From positions 1-26,197 of IMG/VR virus record IMGVR_UViG_3300020044_003310: a DNA stretch of 26,197 bases; one strand, given 5' to 3'. Positions 7,528 to 15,180 of this stretch are shown here, one piece after another. Within the stretch, counting starts at the first letter, position 1; each line of letters opens with the position of its first letter. The notes beneath the pieces were generated by a model. It ran no database searches. It saw nothing but the letters and a program-made list of their open reading frames with translations, and was not told where the DNA came from. Source of the DNA: a virus. Lineage: Duplodnaviria > Caudoviricetes. A program made the position numbers and the translations under genes.

Positions 7528-8655
7528 CTATTGGATTTTAGAAAGGGCTGCAACAAGTTGCTTCCCGATTTGTACTACGGCTGGACGAGAATCTTCTTCC
7601 CGTGCCAATGTACTGCCACTACTTACTGCTATTACTAAGTCGTCAGGCAATTTATCACCTAACTTCTTGAGTACCTTTTCCGCAACTGCTGGTGTAATGA
7701 GTTTAGTCACATACAACTCAGCTTCGGGAATTACTTTTGCTAACACATCTGCTGCCTGATCTTCATTAGCCCATTGACGTGTCGCACGCTTATTAACTAA
7801 CTTCCAACCTGGCACAGGCTTGTCTGCTTCTAACATTTGATGCGCTAACGCTCGCAGATCAGTAATCCATTGTTCTAGCAGATCACAATTCTTTAAGTAG
7901 GCGCCTATTGTATCAGCATCGAGGCTCACCAACTGAGCCTGTAGCGCACGATCAACTGCGCCTGTCATCTTCGGGCAGATTGGTTTTGCAGCGCACCAAC
8001 GACAATGCTCACCCGCGCTTAGTCCAGCGTTCGCCTTTTGTGATTCTTTGACGGATGCAACTAAATTATTTTCAAAAATTTTGACACGCTCAACTGTAGT
8101 CACCCAACGCTTGACACTTGGTGGTTGCACGATAACACACTCGATTTCTGTTGCGCCGTCAAACACCCATGCTACTGAAGGTGTACGCATGGCTGCGGCT
8201 GCGTAGAATAAGAGTTGTTCGTTTTCTTCTACACCCACAGCAACGCCATCGCCAAACTTCCAATCAAGCACGATAGCACGATTACCGATACGACCTAGCA
8301 AGTCACATGAGCCAAACACGTCAGGTAAGAAGTCACCAAAGCCAACTTCAGTCTCAACGGCGTATTCCATTTCTAACTTAGGATCTATCTCGCTAAGTAA
8401 ATTAAGGGCAACGTGGAGTTTGTTGTCGATATGGTCTTGTGTTAGCACTTGGTCTTGATACTTCATACCGATTAAAGACTCAGGCGTTACGCCTTGGTCT
8501 AGCACTTGTGAGATAGCCGTATGAAGTAATGTACCTAAGTCAGCGTAGACGCTACTTGGTCTTGGTGGCATCTTAGCGCATAACGCTACAGAGCCTGGGC
8601 AACCCATAACCCTTTTGGCAGTTGAGCCACCGACGATATTTGAATGTTGAGCCAT
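7528..8655 (-). CDS. DUF2800 / Cas4-like PD-(D/E)XK exonuclease
   Basis: N-terminal CPGS, GTLLH, VE...FGSCD...LDWKFG, QLLFYA, CRWC...IC (four-Cys Fe-S staple). Confidence 0.85.
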   Translation of the reverse strand: MAQHSNIVGGSTAKRVMGCPGSVALCAKMPPRPSSVYADLGTLLHTAISQVLDQGVTPESLIGMKYQDQVLTQDHIDNKLHVALNLLSEIDPKLEMEYAVETEVGFGDFLPDVFGSCDLLGRIGNRAIVLDWKFGDGVAVGVEENEQLLFYAAAAMRTPSVAWVFDGATEIECVIVQPPSVKRWVTTVERVKIFENNLVASVKESQKANAGLSAGEHCRWCAAKPICPKMTGAVDRALQAQLVSLDADTIGAYLKNCDLLEQWITDLRALAHQMLEADKPVPGWKLVNKRATRQWANEDQAADVLAKVIPEAELYVTKLITPAVAEKVLKKLGDKLPDDLVIAVSSGSTLAREEDSRPAVVQIGKQLVAALSKIQ

Positions 8656-8689
8656 TTTATTTTCCTTTACTTTAGTTAATTTGAGATTC

Positions 8690-8730
8690 TACTTTACCAC
8701 ACTTTTAAATTATGTGTTAAACTTTTTTAC
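8690..8730. promoter_or_regulatory. Back-to-back divergent promoters with extended -10 elements
   Basis: + strand TGtTAAACT (8715-8723); - strand TGgTAAAGT; located in the 75-bp gap between divergent operons. Confidence 0.55.
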
Positions 8731-9006
8731 ATGAATGAAAAAGAAATTGAATCTTATTTTAAATGGGCGGTAATGTCAATAGGCGGAAAAACTTATAAGT
8801 TTAGGTCAATCAACCAGCGCGGCGTGACAGATCAGATTGCGTGTCTACCCAATGGCGATACATGGTTCGTAGAATTAAAAACAAAGGGCGGTAAAGTGTC
8901 TGCCCTACAAAAATTTTTTATGGAAGAAGTAACGGGGTTATCCCAAAAGTATGCGTGTTTATGGACTAAGGAGCAAATAGATGAATGGAAAGATAAGATT
9001 CGGTAG
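8731..9006 (+). CDS. VRR-NUC domain nuclease (Holliday-junction resolvase-like)
   Basis: EKEIE...GVTD...FVELK...SALQ motif; typical position upstream of an SNF2 helicase. Confidence 0.85.
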   Translation: MNEKEIESYFKWAVMSIGGKTYKFRSINQRGVTDQIACLPNGDTWFVELKTKGGKVSALQKFFMEEVTGLSQKYACLWTKEQIDEWKDKIR

Positions 9007-10468
9007 TGTATGTAGTGGTATTGAGGCGGCTAGTGTTGCTTGGCATCCGCTTGGATGGGAAGCGGCATGGTTATCAGAAATTGAGCCATTCCCTTGTGCG
9101 GTGCTAAAACATCATTACCCTCAAGTACCTAACCTAGGTGACATGACCTTGTTGCCAAATCGTATTGCGTCTGGTGAAGTAGAAGCGCCAGACGTGTTTT
9201 GTGGCGGCACACCATGCCAAGCCTTTAGTGTAGCGGGTCTACGGCAATCATTAGACGATAGCCGTGGAAATTTATCATTAATTTTTTGTGAGATTGCAAA
9301 TGCTATTGACAACATTAGACTTATTCAACAATCCAGTCCAGCCATCATCTTTTGGGAAAACGTGCCTGGAGTCCTCAACACCAAAGACAACGCCTTTGGG
9401 TGCTTTTTGGCTGGACTTGCCGGCGAAAGTGATGCGCTCATCCCATCAGGGGGCAGATGGACAGACGCTGGTTTTATTGATGGCCCCAAAAGAGCAGTTG
9501 CGTGGCGCGTCCTCGATGCCCAATATTTCGGCTTGGCCCAACGACGCAAAAGAGTGTTTGTTGTCGCAAGTGCTAGAGACGACTTCGATCCCGCAGAAGT
9601 TTTATTTGAGTTCGACGGCGTGCGCAGGGATATTGCGCCGAGCCGAGAAACGCGGAAAGAAGTTGCCACCGACGCTATACCAAGCATTGCTAACTGCCTC
9701 GAAACAACTTGCAACGACTACAGCCGAGCCGACGGATTTAACATGATTTGTACGGACATTACTGGCCCATTAACTGCTAGAGATTACAAAGGCATTAGTT
9801 CTGATGATTGCAATCCTACGATGATGAAATTAATAGCGTATGAAAACCACCCTGCGGATAGCCGAGTTAAAGAAATGGGCGAAACTTGTACAACTGTTAC
9901 ATCAAGATGGGGGACTGGTGGCGGTAATGTACCCTTGGTTCAAAAAGCGTATAGCATTCGTGAAGATGCTAAAGCCAATACGTTTAGTGCTACGGAATTA
10001 GATGTTGCTAATTCAATTGGTGCATTGCAACCAAGCCCACAATCACATCATGCACAAGTATTTGTTGCTCATGCGTTTAAAGTGCGTGGGGGTTGTGAAG
10101 GTGGCGGCAAAGGTTATTTAGGAAAAGATGAGCAAGTATTTACTATATCAACGCATCAAGACCAACATATTGTTGCTGGATTTTTACCAACACAAGGGTC
10201 TAAGGCACAAGGTATAGGTTGGGCAGAAGAACAAGCACCTACATTGCGTGCAGGGTGCGATTCGTATGGTTTACATTCTAATATGGCAGTTAGACGTTTA
10301 ACTCCAAAAGAATGTGAACGATTGCAAGGTTTTCCTGATGGCTATACGGACATTAGACCAAAAGGTAAAGACACGCCAGACGGCTCACGCTACAAAGCTC
10401 TTGGCAACTCATGGGCAGTACCTGTAGTAGCTTGGATTGGGAAAAGGATTAATAATGCGATTACGTGA
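8981..10468 (+). CDS. DNA (cytosine-5)-methyltransferase with long modular variable region
   Basis: Motif I variant SVCSGIEA, IV GTPCQAFS, VI WENVPG, VIII QRRKRVF, IX RRLTPKECERLQGFP, X YKALGNSWAV. Confidence 0.93.
   Translation: MNGKIRFGSVCSGIEAASVAWHPLGWEAAWLSEIEPFPCAVLKHHYPQVPNLGDMTLLPNRIASGEVEAPDVFCGGTPCQAFSVAGLRQSLDDSRGNLSLIFCEIANAIDNIRLIQQSSPAIIFWENVPGVLNTKDNAFGCFLAGLAGESDALIPSGGRWTDAGFIDGPKRAVAWRVLDAQYFGLAQRRKRVFVVASARDDFDPAEVLFEFDGVRRDIAPSRETRKEVATDAIPSIANCLETTCNDYSRADGFNMICTDITGPLTARDYKGISSDDCNPTMMKLIAYENHPADSRVKEMGETCTTVTSRWGTGGGNVPLVQKAYSIREDAKANTFSATELDVANSIGALQPSPQSHHAQVFVAHAFKVRGGCEGGGKGYLGKDEQVFTISTHQDQHIVAGFLPTQGSKAQGIGWAEEQAPTLRAGCDSYGLHSNMAVRRLTPKECERLQGFPDGYTDIRPKGKDTPDGSRYKALGNSWAVPVVAWIGKRINNAIT
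9288..9746 (+). CDS. Overprinted +1-frame protein inside the methyltransferase (EcoHK31I beta-like arrangement); ATG start possible at 9300
   Basis: 152-codon stop-free alternative frame ending in the protein-like block WPNDAKECLLSQVLETTSIPQKFYLSSTACAGILRRAEKRGKKLPPTLYQAL, which I recognise from other C5-MTase-associated ORFs. Confidence 0.7.
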   Translation: MRLQMLLTTLDLFNNPVQPSSFGKTCLESSTPKTTPLGAFWLDLPAKVMRSSHQGADGQTLVLLMAPKEQLRGASSMPNISAWPNDAKECLLSQVLETTSIPQKFYLSSTACAGILRRAEKRGKKLPPTLYQALLTASKQLATTTAEPTDLT

Positions 10469-11786
10469 CTACCAAGAGATAGCCGCTGATTTTTTGTATG
10501 AGCATGACCGTGCAATAATCCTTGCGCCTGTTGGCGCAGGTAAGACGGCTATCACGCTACGCGCTATGTACGATTGTTTGTACAACGGCGTTGTAACTAG
10601 ATGGTTAGTCATTGCACCGAAGCGTGTCTGCACGGATGTATGGCCTGTTGAGCAACCAAAGTGGGCGCCTTTTATGAAGTTAGCCGTAGCCGTAGGCACG
10701 CCAAAGCAACGCAAGGAAGCGTTTGAGTCTAAGGCGCTAGTTGTTGTAACTAACTACGACAATCTGCAATCGTTGCCAGACGACATGGACTTCGACGGCA
10801 TCGTGTTTGATGAGCTGACTAGGCTTAAAAATCCATCAGGCGCACGGTTTAAAGCCCTTAATAAAGTCATTGACTCTATCAAAATACGTTGGGGTTTAAC
10901 AGGATCGTTTACTAGCAATGGCCTTGAGGATGTGTTTGGACAATGTAAGATTATCGACCAACAGCTACTAGGGCGGTCTAAGGGGGCTTTTATGCAAAAG
11001 TATTTTATTCTAATGAACAAAGACTTTGGCGAGTGGGCGCCACGCAAAGGCGCGCTGCCTGAAGTCATGCACACGATTAAGCCTGCGACGTTTGTGCTAG
11101 ACGCTGGCGAGTACGCTGATCAGTTGCCACCGCTACACGTTGTTGAGATGCGTTGCGATATGGCTGACCGTAGCCATTATGAGAAGATGAAGAAGGACTT
11201 TGTTGTGCAGTTTGGTAAAGAAAAAATTACGGCGGTTAGCGCAGCCGTTGTTACACAGAAGTTACAACAAATGTCGTCAGGGTTTGTTTACAGTACAGAA
11301 ACAACAGCGTCTAATACACCTGGGCGCATGAACGTCACCCAAACGCCTATTTGGTTTAGCACCCATAAGTTTGATATGTTAGATGAACTGCTGAACGAGA
11401 ACCAACGGGCAAATACCATTATTGTTTACAACTATGTTGAGGAGCTAGCAGAACTCAAGCGTAGGTACCCTAACGCACAGACAATCAATGATCCGCAGTC
11501 GATTGCCCGTTGGAACGCAGGCGAAATAGAACTGTTGTTAATTCACCCGCTATCGGCAGGGCATGGGTTAAACCTACAGCATGGCGGATGCAAGATGGTT
11601 TTTGTGTCTCTACCGTGGTCGCTAGAGTATTACGAACAAACCATCGGTAGACTGCATAGAAGCGGTCAAAAGCATGATGTATGGGTTTACATTCTTATTA
11701 CAACAAAAACGATTGAGGAGCGCATTTTGGGTGCTTTAAAGGATAAAAAGGCGTTATCAGAAATAGCTATGGAGGAGCTGACATGA
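10455..11786 (+). CDS. SNF2-like (SF2) helicase
   Basis: LRDYQ, PVGAGKT, VFDE, LTGS, GHGLNLQ, QTIGRLHRSGQ; start moved to ATG 10455 (SD AAGGA at 10444). Confidence 0.9.
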   Translation: MRLRDYQEIAADFLYEHDRAIILAPVGAGKTAITLRAMYDCLYNGVVTRWLVIAPKRVCTDVWPVEQPKWAPFMKLAVAVGTPKQRKEAFESKALVVVTNYDNLQSLPDDMDFDGIVFDELTRLKNPSGARFKALNKVIDSIKIRWGLTGSFTSNGLEDVFGQCKIIDQQLLGRSKGAFMQKYFILMNKDFGEWAPRKGALPEVMHTIKPATFVLDAGEYADQLPPLHVVEMRCDMADRSHYEKMKKDFVVQFGKEKITAVSAAVVTQKLQQMSSGFVYSTETTASNTPGRMNVTQTPIWFSTHKFDMLDELLNENQRANTIIVYNYVEELAELKRRYPNAQTINDPQSIARWNAGEIELLLIHPLSAGHGLNLQHGGCKMVFVSLPWSLEYYEQTIGRLHRSGQKHDVWVYILITTKTIEERILGALKDKKALSEIAMEELT

Positions 11787-12001
11787 ACGAACAACAACTC
11801 ATTAAATTGCTTGAAAGTGCCGAGGGTACGATTGCACGGTTGATGCTAGAAGTTAATCGGTTATCTAAAGAAGTTGAGTTGCGTGAGTTAACAGAAGATG
11901 AAATAAAAGAAGTGTACGACCAGTATTTTGATGTTAATAATTTTGGATGGTTACAACTTGAATGTATTAGAGAAATTTTACAGAAAGCGAGAGAAAAATG
12001 A
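11783..12001 (+). CDS. Hypothetical protein (LTEDEI...LQKAREK C-terminal module)
   Basis: SD GGAGG; ATGA overlap with the helicase. Confidence 0.75.
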   Translation: MNEQQLIKLLESAEGTIARLMLEVNRLSKEVELRELTEDEIKEVYDQYFDVNNFGWLQLECIREILQKAREK

Positions 12002-12075
12002 CCAACTATATTTGCGTACATTGTAAGTCAAAGATACTAACCATACTAGTTAGATGCCCATATTGCAGTAAATAA
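11998..12075 (+). CDS. 25-aa zinc-ribbon microprotein MTNYICVHCKSKILTILVRCPYCSK
   Basis: ATGA overlap; CxxC-x10-CxxC; fills the gap to the next SD. Confidence 0.65.
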   Translation: MTNYICVHCKSKILTILVRCPYCSK

Positions 12076-12090
12076 CCAAGGAGAAGAACC

Positions 12091-12312
12091 ATGACTGAAT
12101 CAGTAGCGTATATGTCTGAAAATGGCGTACTTTTTAAAGAAATGCCACCTAACCCTATGTTTGAATTGACGCCACTTTATAAGTTGCGTGACATATCAGA
12201 TAAGGAGATAGAAGAACTTGCAAGTTTTATTTTTACTGAAGATCGGGCGTATGAATACTGCGATGTTTATAAATTTGCCAAAGCGTTATTACAGAAAGCG
12301 AGGGAGAAGTGA
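12091..12312 (+). CDS. Hypothetical protein (ISDKEI...LQKAREK module; partial paralog of 11783-12001)
   Basis: SD AAGGAG; shared C-terminus. Confidence 0.75.
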   Translation: MTESVAYMSENGVLFKEMPPNPMFELTPLYKLRDISDKEIEELASFIFTEDRAYEYCDVYKFAKALLQKAREK

Positions 12313-12482
12313 AAAGGTTATTACAATACAAAGCCAAGCTGAAGGCGGCGATGGCTGAGGAAACAATCAGGGCGAGGCAGTATAACGCTGCTGCTAGAGC
12401 GTTAAAAAAAATTACTAACGAAACTATTGAATTACAAAGAAAGGTCGAAGATGAACTCGCTAAGCATACAAAAGATATTTGA
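12309..12482 (+). CDS. 57-aa coiled-coil hypothetical protein MKRLLQYKAKLKAAMAEE...
   Basis: GTGA overlap, SD GGGAG; manually translated. Confidence 0.6.
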   Translation: MKRLLQYKAKLKAAMAEETIRARQYNAAARALKKITNETIELQRKVEDELAKHTKDI

Positions 12483-12930
12483 TTATCACGATGGAAAATT
12501 ATATTGGAAGGTAAGCCCAGCTAGAAATGTACCTATTGGTCGTCAAGCAGGTCACAAAACATCTTTAGGGTACCGACGTATTGGATTTAATAAAAAAAAT
12601 CATTTTGAACACGTGTTAATTTTTATACTTTTTAATGGCTATCGACCAAGGCAAGTAGATCATATTGACGGCAATATTTGTAATAACAAAATTGAAAATT
12701 TACGCGCGGCTACGGCATCTCAAAATCAATACAATACGAAAATAAGCCTGCGCAATGCGTCTAAAGTTAAGAATGTTAACTGGCACAAAACTAGTAAAAA
12801 ATGGGAAGTTAGAATTGGTTTAGATAATAAACGATTACATTTAGGTGTATTTGAAGATTTAGAACTAGCTGAACTTGTTGCCATTGAAGCACGAAATAAA
12901 TATCATAAAGAATTTGCGAGGCACCTATGA
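12451..12930 (+). CDS. Free-standing HNH homing endonuclease with AP2-like C-terminal DNA-binding domain
   Basis: H...VDHIDGNICNNKIENLRAAT..QN..N, then WEVRIG...LHLGVF...HKEFAR; likely start ATG 12451. Confidence 0.88.
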   Translation: MNSLSIQKIFDYHDGKLYWKVSPARNVPIGRQAGHKTSLGYRRIGFNKKNHFEHVLIFILFNGYRPRQVDHIDGNICNNKIENLRAATASQNQYNTKISLRNASKVKNVNWHKTSKKWEVRIGLDNKRLHLGVFEDLELAELVAIEARNKYHKEFARHL

Positions 12931-13121
12931 AACCTTTATCTTGGAGGAAGCTACAAGCCGTACTGAATCAGCTCAATGAGTCTGAAGTATTAATTATGCT
13001 AATTGAGGAGCGACGTGGCCTCAAGCGCGCATCCATCATGGAGCGCTTGCACATGAGGTATAACACATTGCGGGTTAGCCGTGAGCGTATTGAGATTATG
13101 AAGGAAGCTATTGCGCCATGA
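12927..13121 (+). CDS. Hypothetical phage protein
   Basis: ATGA coupling on both sides; RLHMRY...R..RER. Confidence 0.75.
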   Translation: MKPLSWRKLQAVLNQLNESEVLIMLIEERRGLKRASIMERLHMRYNTLRVSRERIEIMKEAIAP

Positions 13122-13288
13122 CCGAACCTGATTTCTACGCTTGGTCACACGCCAATTTAGTTGAATTTGCAACAGAAGCGTATTCTCGGATTTTAGAGGA
13201 TACTTATGAGATAGAATTATTAAAACAAGATTTGCGAATGGCTATCCAAGCCTATCGACAAATCAATACAAGGAGCAAATATGAATAA
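13118..13288 (+). CDS. 56-aa hypothetical protein MTEPDFYAWSHANLVEFA...
   Basis: ATGA overlap; manually translated. Confidence 0.7.
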   Translation: MTEPDFYAWSHANLVEFATEAYSRILEDTYEIELLKQDLRMAIQAYRQINTRSKYE

Positions 13289-13457
13289 TACCGACAAGAA
13301 TATGATTACGCAAATGATTCGGGCAGGGCGATTTAATCCTGAGATATGCGAGTTATTACGCCAGAAGCAAGTTGAAGATTCTAAAAAAATGATTAAGCAG
13401 ATGGGCGAAAGATATTGTTGCCATGCTATTAACGCACCGAAGAAAGGTGCTTACTAA
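13281..13457 (+). CDS. 58-aa hypothetical protein MNNTDKNMITQMIRAG...
   Basis: SD AAGGAG; TAATG coupling to the next gene. Confidence 0.7.
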   Translation: MNNTDKNMITQMIRAGRFNPEICELLRQKQVEDSKKMIKQMGERYCCHAINAPKKGAY

Positions 13458-13639
13458 TGGACGACGACTACGACGATTATGTACCTGTGCCACAGAACAA
13501 CGAAGGCCACATGAGCCAGCAAGAAGTTGCAGATGAGTTAGGGCTTTCCCGTAGTCGAGTTAGCGAAATTGAAAGTATGGCGTTGCGGAAGTTTAAGTAC
13601 CACTTGTTAAAGAAATACTCACTAGGAGACGTGATATGA
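13457..13639 (+). CDS. Stand-alone sigma-70 region-4-like HTH protein
   Basis: MSQQEVADELGLSRSRVSEIESMALRKF matches the region 4.2 pattern T..EI...L.vS.ERV.QIE..AL.KL. Confidence 0.8.
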   Translation: MDDDYDDYVPVPQNNEGHMSQQEVADELGLSRSRVSEIESMALRKFKYHLLKKYSLGDVI

Positions 13640-13845
13640 AAACGGATGGAATAACTATTTTGGTATGTTTGTTTGGCATTATTGTCTGCACTTACCTGAT
13701 TGCTTTTACAGAACTAACCCGCAGAGAAGAACGCCCTAGAGTTAGCTGCGATGTCATTATGGGTGGTTGGCACCCTGACATACCACAGCGCTATGCGCAG
13801 ATGTGCTTTGAGGCACGTCAGATGGCTAAACAGCAGTCACGCTAA
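13636..13845 (+). CDS. Small membrane-anchored hypothetical protein
   Basis: SD AGGAG; N-terminal TM; two downstream Cys. Confidence 0.7.
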   Translation: MKTDGITILVCLFGIIVCTYLIAFTELTRREERPRVSCDVIMGGWHPDIPQRYAQMCFEARQMAKQQSR

Positions 13846-14373
13846 CATAGTTGAGGCAGATGTTTGTACGTCAGCTACACGCTTGAGCCATCCTTTGCCG
13901 TATGTTTGAAAGGTTGGCAACGACTTGTAGAACGCCTCTTTGCTGTTGCTGAACTTGTCTAGCAAGTCCTTACCGTCTGCATCTTGGATTGCTTTCATGG
14001 TCGCAGGGCCAATAGAGCCGTCAGCAGTTACGCCAAGGGCTTTCTGTATCATCCTACGAGCAGCGGTTGGCCCAGCATTAATAGCAAAATCAAACACGGC
14101 GTAATCCACGCCAGCAGGTAAATCATCACCTCGAACGGCATCCCAATAATCTCTTTTGTATAACGGTTTAACATCTTCTTTCTTTAACGCTTTCATATCA
14201 TCTTGTGTAACTTCATGGCCTATGTACTTCTCCCAATTGGCTTGAGTACAACCGAGCATAGTAGAACCTTTGCGACCATCTGGTAACTTATTGCCAGGGT
14301 CACGTTCATCATTTGTAAAACCACCCTCATGGGCGATGACCATATCAAACGACTTATCCCAATTACTAATCAT
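13837..14373 (-). CDS. Endolysin, glycoside hydrolase family 108 with peptidoglycan-binding C-domain
   Basis: HEGGF...DPG, YW, FDFAINAG, ADGSIGPAT, YGKGWLKRV. Confidence 0.92.
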   Translation of the reverse strand: MISNWDKSFDMVIAHEGGFTNDERDPGNKLPDGRKGSTMLGCTQANWEKYIGHEVTQDDMKALKKEDVKPLYKRDYWDAVRGDDLPAGVDYAVFDFAINAGPTAARRMIQKALGVTADGSIGPATMKAIQDADGKDLLDKFSNSKEAFYKSLPTFQTYGKGWLKRVADVQTSASTMLA

Positions 14374-14768
14374 TTCTTACCCTTCATGTCCATGATTTTC
14401 TCAAGCGTTCTACCACCAAAATAAAAGCTCATTATGAGCATACCCCATTGACCTAACAACTCAACATAGTTATTGTTTACCTCAATATCCCATGCGGACA
14501 TCATCCCAAACGTAGTGTATGTGATTAGAATGAACACAAGGGTCATAGGACGAATGTTCTTAGACATCCAAGAGTCTGACATCATGTCGGCTTGCACGCG
14601 CTTGGTCAGCTCTTGTTGTTCGTTCATGTCAGCTTGCAACTGCGCCAGTTCGCCATTCTTTTGCATCTCTAATAACTTGAGCTGGGCTTCTTGTTTAGCC
14701 TGTGGGTCTGGCACAAACTTATCTACCAGTTTCATACCAACACTTAAAATATCATCTATTCCAAACAT
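14370..14768 (-). CDS. Putative holin (GTA 3TM-holin-like)
   Basis: PDP...SWMSKNIRP, two hydrophobic helices, FYFGGRTLEK; directly upstream of the endolysin. Confidence 0.75.
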   Translation of the reverse strand: MFGIDDILSVGMKLVDKFVPDPQAKQEAQLKLLEMQKNGELAQLQADMNEQQELTKRVQADMMSDSWMSKNIRPMTLVFILITYTTFGMMSAWDIEVNNNYVELLGQWGMLIMSFYFGGRTLEKIMDMKGKK

Positions 14769-15037
14769 TATTTTTTCCCATATTTTTCACGTTCTTCAAG
14801 TAACTGCACTTTAACCTGTAACTGGTGTATGTCTGTGTAAATTTCATTTCTCAGTTTGTGTCTTGCTTCAGCAGACAAAGGCGAGTCAGTAGGTACATTT
14901 TCTTTAGTTATTAGGGCAGGCATTTGTCCCTCAATTTTAGTCAGCCGTGTAGAGAAGTCAGACACTTGACCAAGTAGCCATGCAAGACACGCTACAACAA
15001 TCGGCAGTACCGCTTTTAAAATGTCTTGTATATTCAT
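14768..15037 (-). CDS. Membrane-anchored coiled-coil protein (lysis region)
   Basis: N-terminal TM then heptads; coupled to both neighbours. Confidence 0.7.
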   Translation of the reverse strand: MNIQDILKAVLPIVVACLAWLLGQVSDFSTRLTKIEGQMPALITKENVPTDSPLSAEARHKLRNEIYTDIHQLQVKVQLLEEREKYGKK

Positions 15038-15180
15038 TTTTTATTAATAATATCAAATAATGATTTAACTTTTTCTTCTAAAACAGCAATCTGATTGTGC
15101 ATCTTAGCTAACACAATTACTAACGTCACAAACCCAATGAGCAGACTAGACAGCTTAGATATAGTGTCTAGTAAATCCAT
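15034..15180 (-). CDS. 48-aa TM + coiled-coil protein MDLLDTISKLSSLLIGFVTLVIVLAKMHNQIAVLEEKVKSLFDIINKK
   Basis: Manually translated; TAATG and ATGA coupling on both sides. Confidence 0.7.
   Translation of the reverse strand: MDLLDTISKLSSLLIGFVTLVIVLAKMHNQIAVLEEKVKSLFDIINKK

Noticed and set aside
9325-9714. Antisense 129-aa ORF that would make the MTase region triple-coding
   Set aside because: No SD or recognisable motif; an open antisense frame is an expected by-product of constrained codon usage.
10437-10454. TTG start for the helicase (and TTG 12427 for the HNH)
   Set aside because: Downstream ATGs at 10455 and 12451 have better SD context and match the expected domain starts.
8731-11786. 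Restriction-modification or defence system (nuclease + MTase + helicase)
   Set aside because: VRR-NUC plus SNF2 helicase is a standard adjacent pair in APSE-like replication modules; the MTase looks inserted between them and no cognate restriction enzyme is evident.
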